The notes: generated from the letters alone by a model not told the origin. DNA of 64,000 nucleotides from Spirochaetia bacterium (GCA_963677925.2 CAXXYH010000003.1:1344001-1408000), one strand, 5' to 3'; counted from the stretch's first letter, positions 29,592 to 39,696 are shown. Made by a program: numbers and translations.

Positions 29592-29652
29592 GTATCCCTC
29601 CAAATAGATAAGGGCTGTCATAAAGACAGCCCATATTTCGACTTATTTTTAT

Positions 29653-31368
29653 TTATTCATTCATTCCGGCCATATCCCAGAGTCTTTCGTGAAAGAGCTC
29701 AACCATGGCAGGATCCATATAATGGAAAACTGTACTTTCATTATTCAGGTGCATGGCTTCCCTGCCCCCTGTAGTATATGCAGGCCATTCTGGAAGGCCT
29801 TCAGCTGCGGGCTTTCCGGTTTTTGCAAACTCTACCCAGGCACTTGAAACAGCCTTTGAAAGCCTTGCAACATCCTCACCTCCGTTAGTCATTACCGTTC
29901 CGGCAGCGTTTGTTGCATTATCGAATACGAACGGGATCTCCATTGTATGCGGTGAATAAAGTTTTCCGTCCATCATGGGTGAAAGCCAGTCAAAGCGGAA
30001 AGCGTATACCGGGGCTGAACCTGGAGTAGCTGCGCGGACATCCATAATTTCAGATGTAAGTGTTCCCATCATGAAGTCTGACAGAAGTCTGAACCAGATA
30101 CCGGAAGCATCGTATTCAGGAAAATCTGCTCTGTAGGAATCTATGATATCAGAAGAATTCCCCAATCCGAAAAATGCAGAAGTTCTCATACCAAGACCAA
30201 AGTTACCAAGGTTGAAAGCTGAACGATCACCAAGCATAAAGAGGGTGAACTCGGTACCGTTTGTACCAATCATCAACGGAACATCGGCTCCTGCCGCTGC
30301 AGCCCTGTCTGTGTAAACATGATCCAGGATGAGCTCTCCATCAATAACCGGCCAGAATCCTGTAGGAAAGCCGGGAGCACCCATCATATCAGACATTGAC
30401 TGGCTGGAAAGAACTCTTTCTTCCGCAGCAATAATATCAGCTGTAGAGAGTTCGTAGAGTTTATCTGCATCTTCTGCTGTAATACCAAGTGCTTCAAGAA
30501 CGGTTTCGGCAAGCTCATCGGCTTCTTCAGGTGTGAGAAATCTTGTAAGCGGACCGCTTTCTACTATTGCCCTGTCAAAAAGACCCTTTGCTGACGGAAC
30601 ACCAAGCATTGTATTTACCTTCCATCCACCGCCTGATTCACCGAAAATTGTGACAAGTTCCGGATTTCCTCCGAAGGCACTTATATTGTCCCTTACCCAT
30701 TCAAGAGCAGCTTTCATATCCTTAACACTAAGGTTGGAAGAATCTGAAAAATCCCCCCCAAGAACACGTGAAAAATCTGTAAGACCGGAAAGTCCGAGTC
30801 TGTGGTTTATTGTTACAACAATTACATCACCGCGGCTGGCAAGGTTTTCACCTTCATAAATTGCGCATGATCCGCTTCCGGTTGTCCATCCGCCTCCATG
30901 CAGCCATACCATTACCGGCAGTGTGCCGTCTGCATTTTCAGGTGTCCAAATATTAAGTGCAAGGCAGTCATCACCTGGAACTACATAAGCCGGCGGCTGA
31001 AAAGCAGGATCAACAGGTGTTGACATTGTGGGGTCGAGTGAACTCTGCTGGGGTGATGAATCTGCATATCTGTCTGCTATGAATACCTCGCTCCAGGGTT
31101 CAACTGCCTGTGGCGGCTTAAAGCGGTTCTGACCTGCTATGCTCTGGGCATATGGGATTCCGAGAAAGCGGTTAACTCCGTTAAGGTTTTCACCCTGAAC
31201 CGGGCCGCTTAGAGTCTCAACTATTGATGTGGGTCTTCCCTTCTCAACAATAAACTCGAATTTCATCTGTGTTTCTTGTTCTGTATTTGTTGCACAGCCT
31301 GTAAACAGGACTGCTGAAAGTAATAAGACGCCTGTAAAAAGGCTGCTTATCTTATTTGTAAATTTCAT
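29653..31368 (-). CDS. Type-B carboxylesterase lipoprotein (PnbA-like)
   Basis: Lipobox FTGC, FLGIPYA, DCLALNIWTP, WLHGGG, FGESGGG, HTMEIPFVF; start reassigned to 31368. Confidence 0.9.
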   Translation of the reverse strand: MKFTNKISSLFTGVLLLSAVLFTGCATNTEQETQMKFEFIVEKGRPTSIVETLSGPVQGENLNGVNRFLGIPYAQSIAGQNRFKPPQAVEPWSEVFIADRYADSSPQQSSLDPTMSTPVDPAFQPPAYVVPGDDCLALNIWTPENADGTLPVMVWLHGGGWTTGSGSCAIYEGENLASRGDVIVVTINHRLGLSGLTDFSRVLGGDFSDSSNLSVKDMKAALEWVRDNISAFGGNPELVTIFGESGGGWKVNTMLGVPSAKGLFDRAIVESGPLTRFLTPEEADELAETVLEALGITAEDADKLYELSTADIIAAEERVLSSQSMSDMMGAPGFPTGFWPVIDGELILDHVYTDRAAAAGADVPLMIGTNGTEFTLFMLGDRSAFNLGNFGLGMRTSAFFGLGNSSDIIDSYRADFPEYDASGIWFRLLSDFMMGTLTSEIMDVRAATPGSAPVYAFRFDWLSPMMDGKLYSPHTMEIPFVFDNATNAAGTVMTNGGEDVARLSKAVSSAWVEFAKTGKPAAEGLPEWPAYTTGGREAMHLNNESTVFHYMDPAMVELFHERLWDMAGMNE

Positions 31369-31396
31369 CCTAATAGCTCCAAAAATATAGTAAAAT

Positions 31397-32302
31397 TTAA
31401 TTTCTTGAATTGAATACCATCGCAAGCATGGATTTAAGCGTCAGCTTTCCTCCGTAAACAGGCATTGCACTCGCATTGCCGTAATCTTTTAATGGTTCAA
31501 CACTTCTGAGATATTTCATATCCTCATCCGAGATGACAAAATCCAGCTCCGCATTGCTTTTCATATGAGCAGGATTTGCAGTTTTTGGCAGGGGCAGAAG
31601 GCCAAGCTGAAGATCATATCTTATAGAAAGCTGGGGAACTGAGACCTTGTATTTGGCAGCCATATCCGCAATATCCTTTCTTTTAAGCAGTTCTCCATGG
31701 GCTACGGGTGAATATGCTTCCACCAGGATTCCCTTCTCCTGTGTATATTTAATGAGGGCTTCAGGGGTATTTCCTATATGCGCAAGAACCTGATTTACTG
31801 CGGGTTTCACCGTGCAGGACTCAAGGATATTATCAAGATCAACTTCTTCAAAGTTTGAAAGACCTATAGCCCTAAGCTTGCCGGCCTTATGAGCTTCTTC
31901 AAGTGCACGCCAGGCTTCCCTGTTTCCTTCAAAGAAATGCTCCCCCTCTCGAAATTTGGTCCAGGGCTGAGGACTGTGAATGATCATCATATCGATGTAA
32001 TCAAGCCCCATAGTCTTAAGTGATTTATCTATTGCAGAGGCTGCCTTTTTATAGGATTTGGCCTCAGCAGCAAGTTTTGTTGTTACAAAGAGTTCTTTTC
32101 GATCAACACCGCAGTTTCTGACAGCCTCTCCAACACCGTTTTCATTTCGATAAGCCTGGGCAGTATCGATGTGTCTGTATCCGATCTTGACTGCCTCTTT
32201 TACTGCCTGAACAACATCCTTATTGTTAATAAACCAGGTGCCTAGTCCAAGTTTTGGTATCTCTATGCCGTTTGATAATGTGTAATTTTCTTTTAAAATC
32301 AT
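31397..32302 (-). CDS. Aldo/keto reductase (DkgA-like)
   Basis: LGLGTW, GYRHIDTAQAY, LFVTTKL, IGLSNF, LPKT. Confidence 0.92.
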   Translation of the reverse strand: MILKENYTLSNGIEIPKLGLGTWFINNKDVVQAVKEAVKIGYRHIDTAQAYRNENGVGEAVRNCGVDRKELFVTTKLAAEAKSYKKAASAIDKSLKTMGLDYIDMMIIHSPQPWTKFREGEHFFEGNREAWRALEEAHKAGKLRAIGLSNFEEVDLDNILESCTVKPAVNQVLAHIGNTPEALIKYTQEKGILVEAYSPVAHGELLKRKDIADMAAKYKVSVPQLSIRYDLQLGLLPLPKTANPAHMKSNAELDFVISDEDMKYLRSVEPLKDYGNASAMPVYGGKLTLKSMLAMVFNSRN

Positions 32303-32335
32303 AATCTAATCTCCTTACAGCCGTAATCCGGCAAA

Positions 32336-32815
32336 TTATTCAACTAATTCAAAGGTCATCTTTACATTGCCGTTCCCAAGAATCTGCTTCAACTCAGTCT
32401 GTGAAACCCCATTGATATGACCCATTTTTGTAAAATTCCATGAATTAGGTTCGTAATAAACAACAACCGAGCTTCCCATAAACAGGATAATGTCTCCCGG
32501 TTCTGTTCGAATCTGCCTGTTATTTGCAGGCAGACGCCTCCATAGCATGCCGACCTTCTCCATAGAACCGTAATCCCGCATGCTGACCGTTTTAGGTCTT
32601 CCTGAAATCAGCTTCTTAAAAGCCTGTGATGATGAATTATTTTCCATCGTTGCGGTAAGCTCACGGCCGTTAACAGTGATTTTAATCTGATATTCACCAT
32701 CCAGTGAAAGTCTTCCGAAGGCTGCCGGTGTAAAAAAGTAAAGAATAGCTATGACAGCCAGAATAATTATTATCAATCCAATCATCTTAATATTTATGCC
32801 CCTGGTGCTTCTCAT
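32336..32815 (-). CDS. Cyclophilin-like fold protein with N-terminal TM, copy 1
   Basis: LTATMENNSSSQAF, MRDYGSMEKVG, PGDIILFMGSSVVVYY. Confidence 0.75.
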   Translation of the reverse strand: MRSTRGINIKMIGLIIIILAVIAILYFFTPAAFGRLSLDGEYQIKITVNGRELTATMENNSSSQAFKKLISGRPKTVSMRDYGSMEKVGMLWRRLPANNRQIRTEPGDIILFMGSSVVVYYEPNSWNFTKMGHINGVSQTELKQILGNGNVKMTFELVE

Positions 32816-32822
32816 CAGATCT

Positions 32823-33740
32823 CTATTTGGACAGTTTTGCGTATTCAGCGTCGCTTACAGCTTCGCACCACTGGTTTTTCCCGTCTTTTCCGGGAATCTC
32901 TATTGCAATATGTGAAAACCAGGAATCCTTTTTAGCACCATGCCAGTGTTTTACATTCGCAGGAATATATACTACCGAGCCGGGCTCAAGACTGACGGCA
33001 TCCTTGCCCTCTTCCTGGTACCAGCCCTGACCTACTGTACATACAAGCAGCTGCCCGCCGTTTTCGGAAGCATGGTGAATGTGCCAGTTATTCCTGCAAC
33101 CTGGTTCAAAGTTTACATTTGCAAAAAACAGAGGAACCTTGCCGGGTCGTGTAAGCATTTTGATATAGGAACGGCCGATAAAATATTTTTTCAATATAAA
33201 ATTGTACATACCTGTACCGAACATATTGGCCTTGTCGAATTCTTCCTTTGTTTTGATGAGCAGCTTGGAACCCAGCGGTGAGAAATCCTTTAGACCCTTC
33301 CCAGGTTTAAGAGCCTTGTAATAATCATCAGAAACAGGCTCAAGCCATTCATTACTGCACTGTTCACCCGGAATTTCCACTGATATATGTGTGAACCAGC
33401 TGTCTTCCTTTGCTCCGTGCCAGTGCTTAACTTCGGCTGGAATATAGATAAAGGAACCCGCTGAGAGGCTCTGGGCGTTCTTACCCTCCTGCTGGTACCA
33501 GCCTTCACCGGCTGTACAAATCAGAATCTGGCCGCCCCCGCTTTTTGAATGGTGGATATGCCAGTTGTTCCTGCAGCCTGGTTCAAATGTCACATTTGCA
33601 AGGAATACAGGCCAGTCTCCCGGCTTTGCATAAAAGTTAAGAAATGAATTCCCGATAAAATACTGCGCAAACATATCATTGGGAATTCCCTTCCCGAATT
33701 TATTTACTTTCTCAAAATCTTTCTCATTGATATATTTCAT
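32823..33740 (-). CDS. Tandem double-cupin protein
   Basis: NV(T/N)FEPGCRNNWHIHH...GGQ.L.CT.G.GWYQ.EGK...VKHWHGA..DSWF.HI occurs twice. Confidence 0.88.
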   Translation of the reverse strand: MKYINEKDFEKVNKFGKGIPNDMFAQYFIGNSFLNFYAKPGDWPVFLANVTFEPGCRNNWHIHHSKSGGGQILICTAGEGWYQQEGKNAQSLSAGSFIYIPAEVKHWHGAKEDSWFTHISVEIPGEQCSNEWLEPVSDDYYKALKPGKGLKDFSPLGSKLLIKTKEEFDKANMFGTGMYNFILKKYFIGRSYIKMLTRPGKVPLFFANVNFEPGCRNNWHIHHASENGGQLLVCTVGQGWYQEEGKDAVSLEPGSVVYIPANVKHWHGAKKDSWFSHIAIEIPGKDGKNQWCEAVSDAEYAKLSK

Positions 33741-33810
33741 ATTTGTCTCCTAAAAAGTACTCATACTCTATTGATAAATTAAAAGTAATGGATCCTGTGT
33801 CTGAAAACAA

Positions 33811-33845
33811 TGTCTATTCCAACAATTAACATGCCTATTTCTACA
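33811..33845. promoter_or_regulatory. Tandem AraC-type operator, site A
   Basis: TGTCTATTCCAACA-N7-TGCCTATTTCTACA with a 21-bp period, between araC and the cupin-led operon. Confidence 0.7.
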
Positions 33846-33898
33846 ATTTTAAGACTGAATATGTTTATTTTTTATTATTTTCATGCATAATATACCAC

Positions 33899-34786
33899 AT
33901 GAAAGAACATATCAAACAACTAAGAGATTCAATTTCAACGCATTTAAAGGATAAGGAATTCATTGATATGGGAATTGGGAATGCAGCATTGTTTCAGAGT
34001 ACAAAGTCGTATGAATCAAAGCCTAAACTTTACCATCCACATATCATGCTGTTAGCCCAGGGTAAAAAGATAATTTATTTAGGCGGCAAGGAATATCTTT
34101 ATGATCCATACCATTACTTCGTACAGACAGTTTCACTTCCTCTGAACTGCAAGGCAGTAATTGAAGATGATCAGCCAATTATGGGTATTATTTTAAGAAT
34201 TACACCGCAGGTGATTGGGGAGATTCTTTTTGAAATGGAGACCGAACCGGTTCCGGCCAAATCAATTTCAAGCAGCCTTTACAATGCTAAAACAACAGAT
34301 AAACTTATTGATTCATGCATCAGGCTGGTAAATACTCTTGAATCAAAAAATGAAACAAAGGTTCTCGGTCCCTGCTATGTCAAGGAGATACTGTTCCGGA
34401 TTCTAAATGGTGAGAATGGAAATATTCTGAGAGAACTTGCCAACAATAACCGCGGGTTTTACCAGATTGCCAGGGTTATAAATAATATACATGAAAACTA
34501 TTCGCAACCCATTGTCATTCCGGCTCTGGCAAAGGAAGCCGGAATGAGCCCCACTGCATTTCATTCCGCGTTTAAATCTGTGACAAGTATCTCACCTCTT
34601 CAGTATATAAAAAATATCCGTCTGCATAAGGCCAAGGAATTTATTCAGAATGAAGGTGAAAAAGTCAATACTGCAGCTACGCGGGTTGGTTACGAAAGCA
34701 CATCGCAATTCAGCAGAGAATATAAACGTTTTTTCGGGACTTCACCAACCAGTGACAGACTGAGCGGATCGAGTACCATGTTTTGA
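33899..34786 (+). CDS. AraC-family regulator, YqhC-like
   Basis: AQGKKIIYLG N-domain; LAKEAGMSPTAFHSAFK, SPLQYIK, VGYESTSQFSREYKRFFG. Confidence 0.92.
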   Translation: MKEHIKQLRDSISTHLKDKEFIDMGIGNAALFQSTKSYESKPKLYHPHIMLLAQGKKIIYLGGKEYLYDPYHYFVQTVSLPLNCKAVIEDDQPIMGIILRITPQVIGEILFEMETEPVPAKSISSSLYNAKTTDKLIDSCIRLVNTLESKNETKVLGPCYVKEILFRILNGENGNILRELANNNRGFYQIARVINNIHENYSQPIVIPALAKEAGMSPTAFHSAFKSVTSISPLQYIKNIRLHKAKEFIQNEGEKVNTAATRVGYESTSQFSREYKRFFGTSPTSDRLSGSSTMF

Positions 34787-34825
34787 TACTCCAGTGCTGA
34801 TTAAGATAAAACTGCGGCAGTTTTT

Positions 34826-36301
34826 TTATTCAGCTTTCTTCTTTGTCTCTTTGACAAACAGAATACATACAAAACCGACCAGAACAATTCCCAGCACACA
34901 CATAAAGGCAACATTCATGCCGCTGATGGTTGCATTCAGCAGTCCTTCATTGTACATTGCCGGATTAGTCTGCTCGAGTGCTGCCCCGGGAATATTCCGC
35001 AGTTCGATATTAGACATAATTGTCACGAGGATAGCCACACCGATAGAACCGACGATCTGCCTTGAAGTATTTGTTACAGCAGTAGCGTGGTGCAGAAGTT
35101 CTGTTGGAAGCGCATTCATTCCGGCAGCCTGCAGATTCATAAAAATAAAGCCCAGACCGATAAATCTGAAGCCGTTAAAGATGGTAAGCTCAAGGATACT
35201 TGTATCAAGACTGAATGAGGTGAATGGTATTACAGAGATTATAACAAGGATAATTCCCGGAATAACAAGACGCTTTATACCGTATCTGTCAAAGAGCCTT
35301 CCCGATATCAGCATAACAAAGGCCATGATAAAAGCCCCGGGGAACAGAACCATTCCGCTCGTAAATGCTGATCTGCCAAGTACCGATTGAATGAATATTG
35401 GAATCAGCAGTGTTGAGGCAACATGCGCAATATTCAGAAATGAATTCGCAACAGTAGTAAGGGTAAATGTAGGAGATTTAAATACACGCAGCTGCAGTGA
35501 AGGGTTATAAATTGATAATTGTCTGATTACAAACACAACTACAGTTGCAGAACCGATAAGTATGCTTAAATATACATAGGGTGATGACCATCCCCTGCTT
35601 CCTGCACTGCTGAATCCGAAAAGCATCCCGCCGAACCCGACTGCCGAAAGAACAAGCGACTTAATATCGATCTTTACAGATTTGGACGGTACAATATCAC
35701 GCATAAGAAAAAATGCAAGAATAATATCTACCGCAACAAAGGGCAGAAGTCCAATAAACAGAAACTGCCAGCTGAACCGGTCGATAAAAAATCCGGCAAT
35801 TACCGGACCTAAAGCCGGTCCGAAACTTATCACCAGCCCGTAGATGCCCATTGCAAGTCCCCTTTTTTCAGCTGGAAAAGTAAGGACAAAGACGGTATTA
35901 ACCAGAGGCATCAGGATTCCGCAGGCTATAGCCTGAAAAACTCTGCCGGCAATCAGAACCGGGTAGCTTGGAGAAAACGCACAGAGAATTGTTCCGCCTG
36001 CAAAAACAAACATCGAAAAGATATAAAGTTTCTTTGTGGATATCTTTTCAAGAAGAAGTGCCGTCATCGGGATCATTACCCCGTTAGTCAGCATGAATGC
36101 TGTTGTAACCCATTGAACCTGACTGGCCACCAGATCAAAATGCAGCATAAGTTTCGGCAGAGCAGTACTCAGCAGTGTCTGGTTCAGAACTGCAACAAGT
36201 GAACCGAATAAGATTGTTATGATCAGCGGGATTCTTCTGAATGTTTTCCCATGTATATCTATGTTATATGCTTCATTCTCTACTTTCTTCATTTCAACCA
36301 T
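34826..36301 (-). CDS. DHA2-family MFS efflux pump (LmrB/EmrB-like)
   Basis: LNQTLLSTALP, QWVTTAFML, GPALGPVIAG; about 14 TM segments. Confidence 0.9.
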   Translation of the reverse strand: MVEMKKVENEAYNIDIHGKTFRRIPLIITILFGSLVAVLNQTLLSTALPKLMLHFDLVASQVQWVTTAFMLTNGVMIPMTALLLEKISTKKLYIFSMFVFAGGTILCAFSPSYPVLIAGRVFQAIACGILMPLVNTVFVLTFPAEKRGLAMGIYGLVISFGPALGPVIAGFFIDRFSWQFLFIGLLPFVAVDIILAFFLMRDIVPSKSVKIDIKSLVLSAVGFGGMLFGFSSAGSRGWSSPYVYLSILIGSATVVVFVIRQLSIYNPSLQLRVFKSPTFTLTTVANSFLNIAHVASTLLIPIFIQSVLGRSAFTSGMVLFPGAFIMAFVMLISGRLFDRYGIKRLVIPGIILVIISVIPFTSFSLDTSILELTIFNGFRFIGLGFIFMNLQAAGMNALPTELLHHATAVTNTSRQIVGSIGVAILVTIMSNIELRNIPGAALEQTNPAMYNEGLLNATISGMNVAFMCVLGIVLVGFVCILFVKETKKKAE

Positions 36302-36328
36302 AAGTACTCCAAATCAATTCCCGGCAGT

Positions 36329-36775
36329 TTAATATTCTGTGATACGTTTCAGAAGAACAACAGAATCATTTAATACCGCCTGTTCAGATTCGGTAAGTCT
36401 TTCGGATATAGCTTTTGCCAGCCAGTCATTCCAGACAGCCCGTCCTCCGGATAAATAATTTTTGCCTTCTTCAGACAGATGTATATATGTTTTCCTTCCG
36501 TCATTCGGATCAGCCTGACCGTCTATATAGCCAAGCTGTTTAAGGGCCTGTACAGTATTCCTCATAGACTGAGGACGTACCCCTTCCATACGTGAAAGTT
36601 CCGATACCGTAGCCTCTCCTACAGTATCCAGTCTAAGGAGAACGGCTATCTGAGAGGATGAGAGGTTATAGGAAAATGATTGTTCCCTTAGGCGGCGCCT
36701 CAGCTTACTCAGCTGGGCCCGAAGTTCTGAGGCAAGTACTGCAATATCGACATTTTCACTGTTTTCTGAATTCAT
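36329..36775 (-). CDS. MarR-family regulator
   Basis: TVSELSRMEGVRPQSM, DPNDGRK. Confidence 0.9.
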   Translation of the reverse strand: MNSENSENVDIAVLASELRAQLSKLRRRLREQSFSYNLSSSQIAVLLRLDTVGEATVSELSRMEGVRPQSMRNTVQALKQLGYIDGQADPNDGRKTYIHLSEEGKNYLSGGRAVWNDWLAKAISERLTESEQAVLNDSVVLLKRITEY

Positions 36776-36781
36776 TGCGTA

Positions 36782-36825
36782 ACTATAAATATATACAGTC
36801 TAACTGTCAAGTTTAACTGTATATA
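36782..36825 (-). promoter_or_regulatory. Sigma70 promoter with overlapping MarR-type palindromes; probably a leaderless transcript
   Basis: TTGACA(36810-36805)-17 nt-TATAGT(36787-36782)-6 nt-ATG; ACAGTCTAACTGT and AGTTTAACT palindromes. Confidence 0.7.
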
Positions 36826-36833
36826 CTTATTAT

Positions 36834-37283
36834 TTATTCTGCGATCTCGATCCTGAAAGAAACACTGTTATCAAGTTTTTTCAGAACATGAAGATCTGAT
36901 TCATCAATGCTTCCTAAAACCATTACCGGCATGGGAAGCCTGTGCTGCACAACATAGAAGATGCTGATCCAGCCGCCTACAATACTTATATCTCCATTTC
37001 TCCAGCCGTACTGCCTCTCCGAGCTGTCAGACTCTAGTGCAGGAGCTGTACCGCAATAATCAAGTGAAGATCTTCCCAACGATATCGACATTGGTAGTTT
37101 ACTCCTGAGAGATTCCGCCGCTTTGGTACTGTTCAGGGTTGCGTGTAAAACATAGTCTCCGCTTGTCAGAGTAACGCGTGTACCATTCTCAAGTCCGCTG
37201 CGTCTTGGCGGTCTCGAAAACCAGAATATTAATAAAACTAAAACTGCAATAATAATTAAAACTCTAATCATAATTTTACTCAT
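36834..37283 (-). CDS. Cyclophilin-like fold protein with N-terminal TM, copy 2
   Basis: LHATLNSTKAAESLRSKLP, GDISIVGGWISIFY. Confidence 0.65.
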   Translation of the reverse strand: MSKIMIRVLIIIAVLVLLIFWFSRPPRRSGLENGTRVTLTSGDYVLHATLNSTKAAESLRSKLPMSISLGRSSLDYCGTAPALESDSSERQYGWRNGDISIVGGWISIFYVVQHRLPMPVMVLGSIDESDLHVLKKLDNSVSFRIEIAE

Positions 37284-38192
37284 CTATATACCTATAGTAT
37301 TCAAAATAATTCCAAGAATAAATGAGAAGCCAATCAGGAAGGCAACGTAAAAAAATACCATCTTCTTTGACATAAAGCTTCCAAGTGCAGCCAGGGCTGT
37401 AACCCGTGTAGCAGGACCGACAATAAGAAATGCCATAGCGGCTCCAAGGCTCATTCCATTATTCATAAGCATCTGGACAAGGGGAATAACCCCGCCTCCG
37501 CATATATATACTGGAATACTTAAGAATGCCGCAAATATAATATTTAGCCATTCCATTGTGGCCTGTTCAAAAAGCAGCGTAACCGGAACAACAGCTTCCA
37601 GCGCTACACTGATAAGAATTCCAATCAGCAGATATTTCCCTATAAACCTGAAAGTAGACCACACGCCCTTCAGATATTCAGGGAAGTGGAAACTTGCAAT
37701 ATTCTTTGGTTTTCTGCAGCTGTTTCCGCTTTCCTCAATTCTGGAATTAACATTTCCTGAATCAAAGATTTTGATTTTCTTATTAATAAGAATTAAAGAA
37801 AACCCGAGCAAAACTGCGAAGACAAAAACACTGACAAGTCGTATCAATCCGAAACCAAGCCCGAATCCGCCGCAGGTAACTAAAAACAGCTGAGGGTTCA
37901 GCAGTGATGAGGCACCAAGGAAGGTAACCAGAGGTGCTACCGGTGTTTCCTTTTTATAAAGATCTATAACAATGGGAACGGTACTGTAGGTGCAGAGAGG
38001 AGAGGCTATCCCCAATGCTGCAGCAATAAATATTGATAACGACGGTGATTTTTTTATAGCCTTCTGAACAAAATCCGCCCAGGATGTGTATTTCAGTATT
38101 TCTGAAAGAAAAACTCCCCCGATTACCCAGGGGAGAAAATCAAGCAGAAGGCTGAAGGCCCTTTGAAAAACTGCTGATAAGAATTCAAACAT
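37284..38192 (-). CDS. DUF318 (YraQ/ArsP-type) permease, copy 2
   Basis: ASPLCTYSTVP, ASSLLNP, PVYICGGG; clear paralog of 27134-28045. Confidence 0.82.
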   Translation of the reverse strand: MFEFLSAVFQRAFSLLLDFLPWVIGGVFLSEILKYTSWADFVQKAIKKSPSLSIFIAAALGIASPLCTYSTVPIVIDLYKKETPVAPLVTFLGASSLLNPQLFLVTCGGFGLGFGLIRLVSVFVFAVLLGFSLILINKKIKIFDSGNVNSRIEESGNSCRKPKNIASFHFPEYLKGVWSTFRFIGKYLLIGILISVALEAVVPVTLLFEQATMEWLNIIFAAFLSIPVYICGGGVIPLVQMLMNNGMSLGAAMAFLIVGPATRVTALAALGSFMSKKMVFFYVAFLIGFSFILGIILNTIGI

Positions 38193-38205
38193 TAAATATT
38201 TCCGT

Positions 38206-39696
38206 TTAGATCCCTATCTTAGAGCTGTTTAAGAATCTGTCGAATCCATAAACTTCAATAGTTGATTTTTCATCATAGTTAAGGCCTTCAAAAGTGAAAT
38301 CAAGCTCTTTTCCTGAAGCTGCAGCTGAGCCTTCAAATACACCGTCAATATATACTGCAGCTTTAACCAAATCTTCATTTGAAATCATGGTCCCTTTCAG
38401 GGTTCCTGATTCAAGAACTATATTTTTCAGGCTTATAGCAGGATTTTCATAATCATCATATTTCCGTATGGCTTCAGCAAGAGAACCGAAAGGCCGCTTG
38501 ATTTCACTTACACGGACATTACCCAGAACATTTATCCTGGCCGGATCCATTATTCCCATTCCGTCTTCAGCAAGATACTTTATATAATCCACCTGCTGCG
38601 GATCTACACCGATAATAAGGGACTGCACTGTATCAATTGCAACCGCGTTTTTTGCTGCCATAATCACGCGCATATTTTTTTTGGCAGATTCATATGAATC
38701 TGCACCCTGCCCTATAGGGCCGTACTCCATTCCCTGAAGACCGTCAGTAATAATAAAGTCAACAGGCTTTACCATGTAAAAGTCATGGATGAATTTATTA
38801 AGAGGTTCCCAGCTGTGATCGACACCAAGGCGGCTCAGGGGCATTATTGTTGAAGCCATCATGGGATTCCCGTATACACGGGGAGGAGCTGTACCTATTC
38901 CTACATTCTTGATTCCGCCGGTAATTGCTGCATTACCATGACTTTTTAAAAGCGGCAGATCTATTACTACATCAGCTGAGTAGTATAATTTATCAATGTA
39001 ATACTTTCCCTCTGTCCACTTATCCAGGTCATCGGTGTATCTTTTTTTATCACCTATATCAACTGCTGTCAGATCTGAAGTATCAACTGAAAACAGGCTG
39101 TCACCCGAATCATCATAATTAAGTATTTCATCAACTTCGGGAAGATTTTCTTTTGTCCACCCGAGTATCTCCATATTCCCTGCAGTATCATCCCAGCAGG
39201 ATGTTTCCATAAGGTAAATTCTTCCTGAAGGATTCAACTCACGCACAAGTTCCGATGCGACCTTTATCACACGGTAATCTGTAGCAATTCCATTTACTTC
39301 CTGTGGAAGCATATTTTCTTCAGTACTGGCCATTCCGTTAACACGGTGGTAAGCCGATATTAGATTCGGCTTAAGGACGACAAAGTCTCCGTCATGTACA
39401 ATATCTTCAAGACCGCCGGCAAGCTCTACAGACTCTCTGATCATGGAGCGAATATCATCTTCTGTAATATCTTCTGCATGGTCTTTTCTACTTTTAATCA
39501 ATGCTACATCGGCAGTCTGATTTTCGTATGGCTTGTAGTCAGCTTTTACAATATCTTTAAGCGGTTCCACTCTGTTCATACGGTAACTTTGAACGGTAAA
39601 GAAGACCACTACAATAATAACCACTGAACCGAGAATTATTCCTATCCATTTTAAAACTTTCAGCAGGGGGCTTTTCTTTTTTTCTTTTCTACCCAT
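38206..39696 (-). CDS. Membrane-anchored DUF362-domain protein, copy 2
   Basis: N-terminal TM; VVLKPNL, NGIATDYR, LKSH, GGIKN, PVDF; paralog of 28056-29591. Confidence 0.8.
   Translation of the reverse strand: MGRKEKKKSPLLKVLKWIGIILGSVVIIVVVFFTVQSYRMNRVEPLKDIVKADYKPYENQTADVALIKSRKDHAEDITEDDIRSMIRESVELAGGLEDIVHDGDFVVLKPNLISAYHRVNGMASTEENMLPQEVNGIATDYRVIKVASELVRELNPSGRIYLMETSCWDDTAGNMEILGWTKENLPEVDEILNYDDSGDSLFSVDTSDLTAVDIGDKKRYTDDLDKWTEGKYYIDKLYYSADVVIDLPLLKSHGNAAITGGIKNVGIGTAPPRVYGNPMMASTIMPLSRLGVDHSWEPLNKFIHDFYMVKPVDFIITDGLQGMEYGPIGQGADSYESAKKNMRVIMAAKNAVAIDTVQSLIIGVDPQQVDYIKYLAEDGMGIMDPARINVLGNVRVSEIKRPFGSLAEAIRKYDDYENPAISLKNIVLESGTLKGTMISNEDLVKAAVYIDGVFEGSAAASGKELDFTFEGLNYDEKSTIEVYGFDRFLNSSKIGI

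Noticed and set aside
34794-35390. 198-aa plus-strand ORF after araC
   Set aside because: Antisense shadow of the DHA2 transporter.
34826-36825. marR-DHA2 efflux pair as part of the AraC/DUF362 system
   Set aside because: It has its own sigma70 promoter with MarR-type palindromes and is a common stand-alone module. Read-through from upstream is possible but unsupported.
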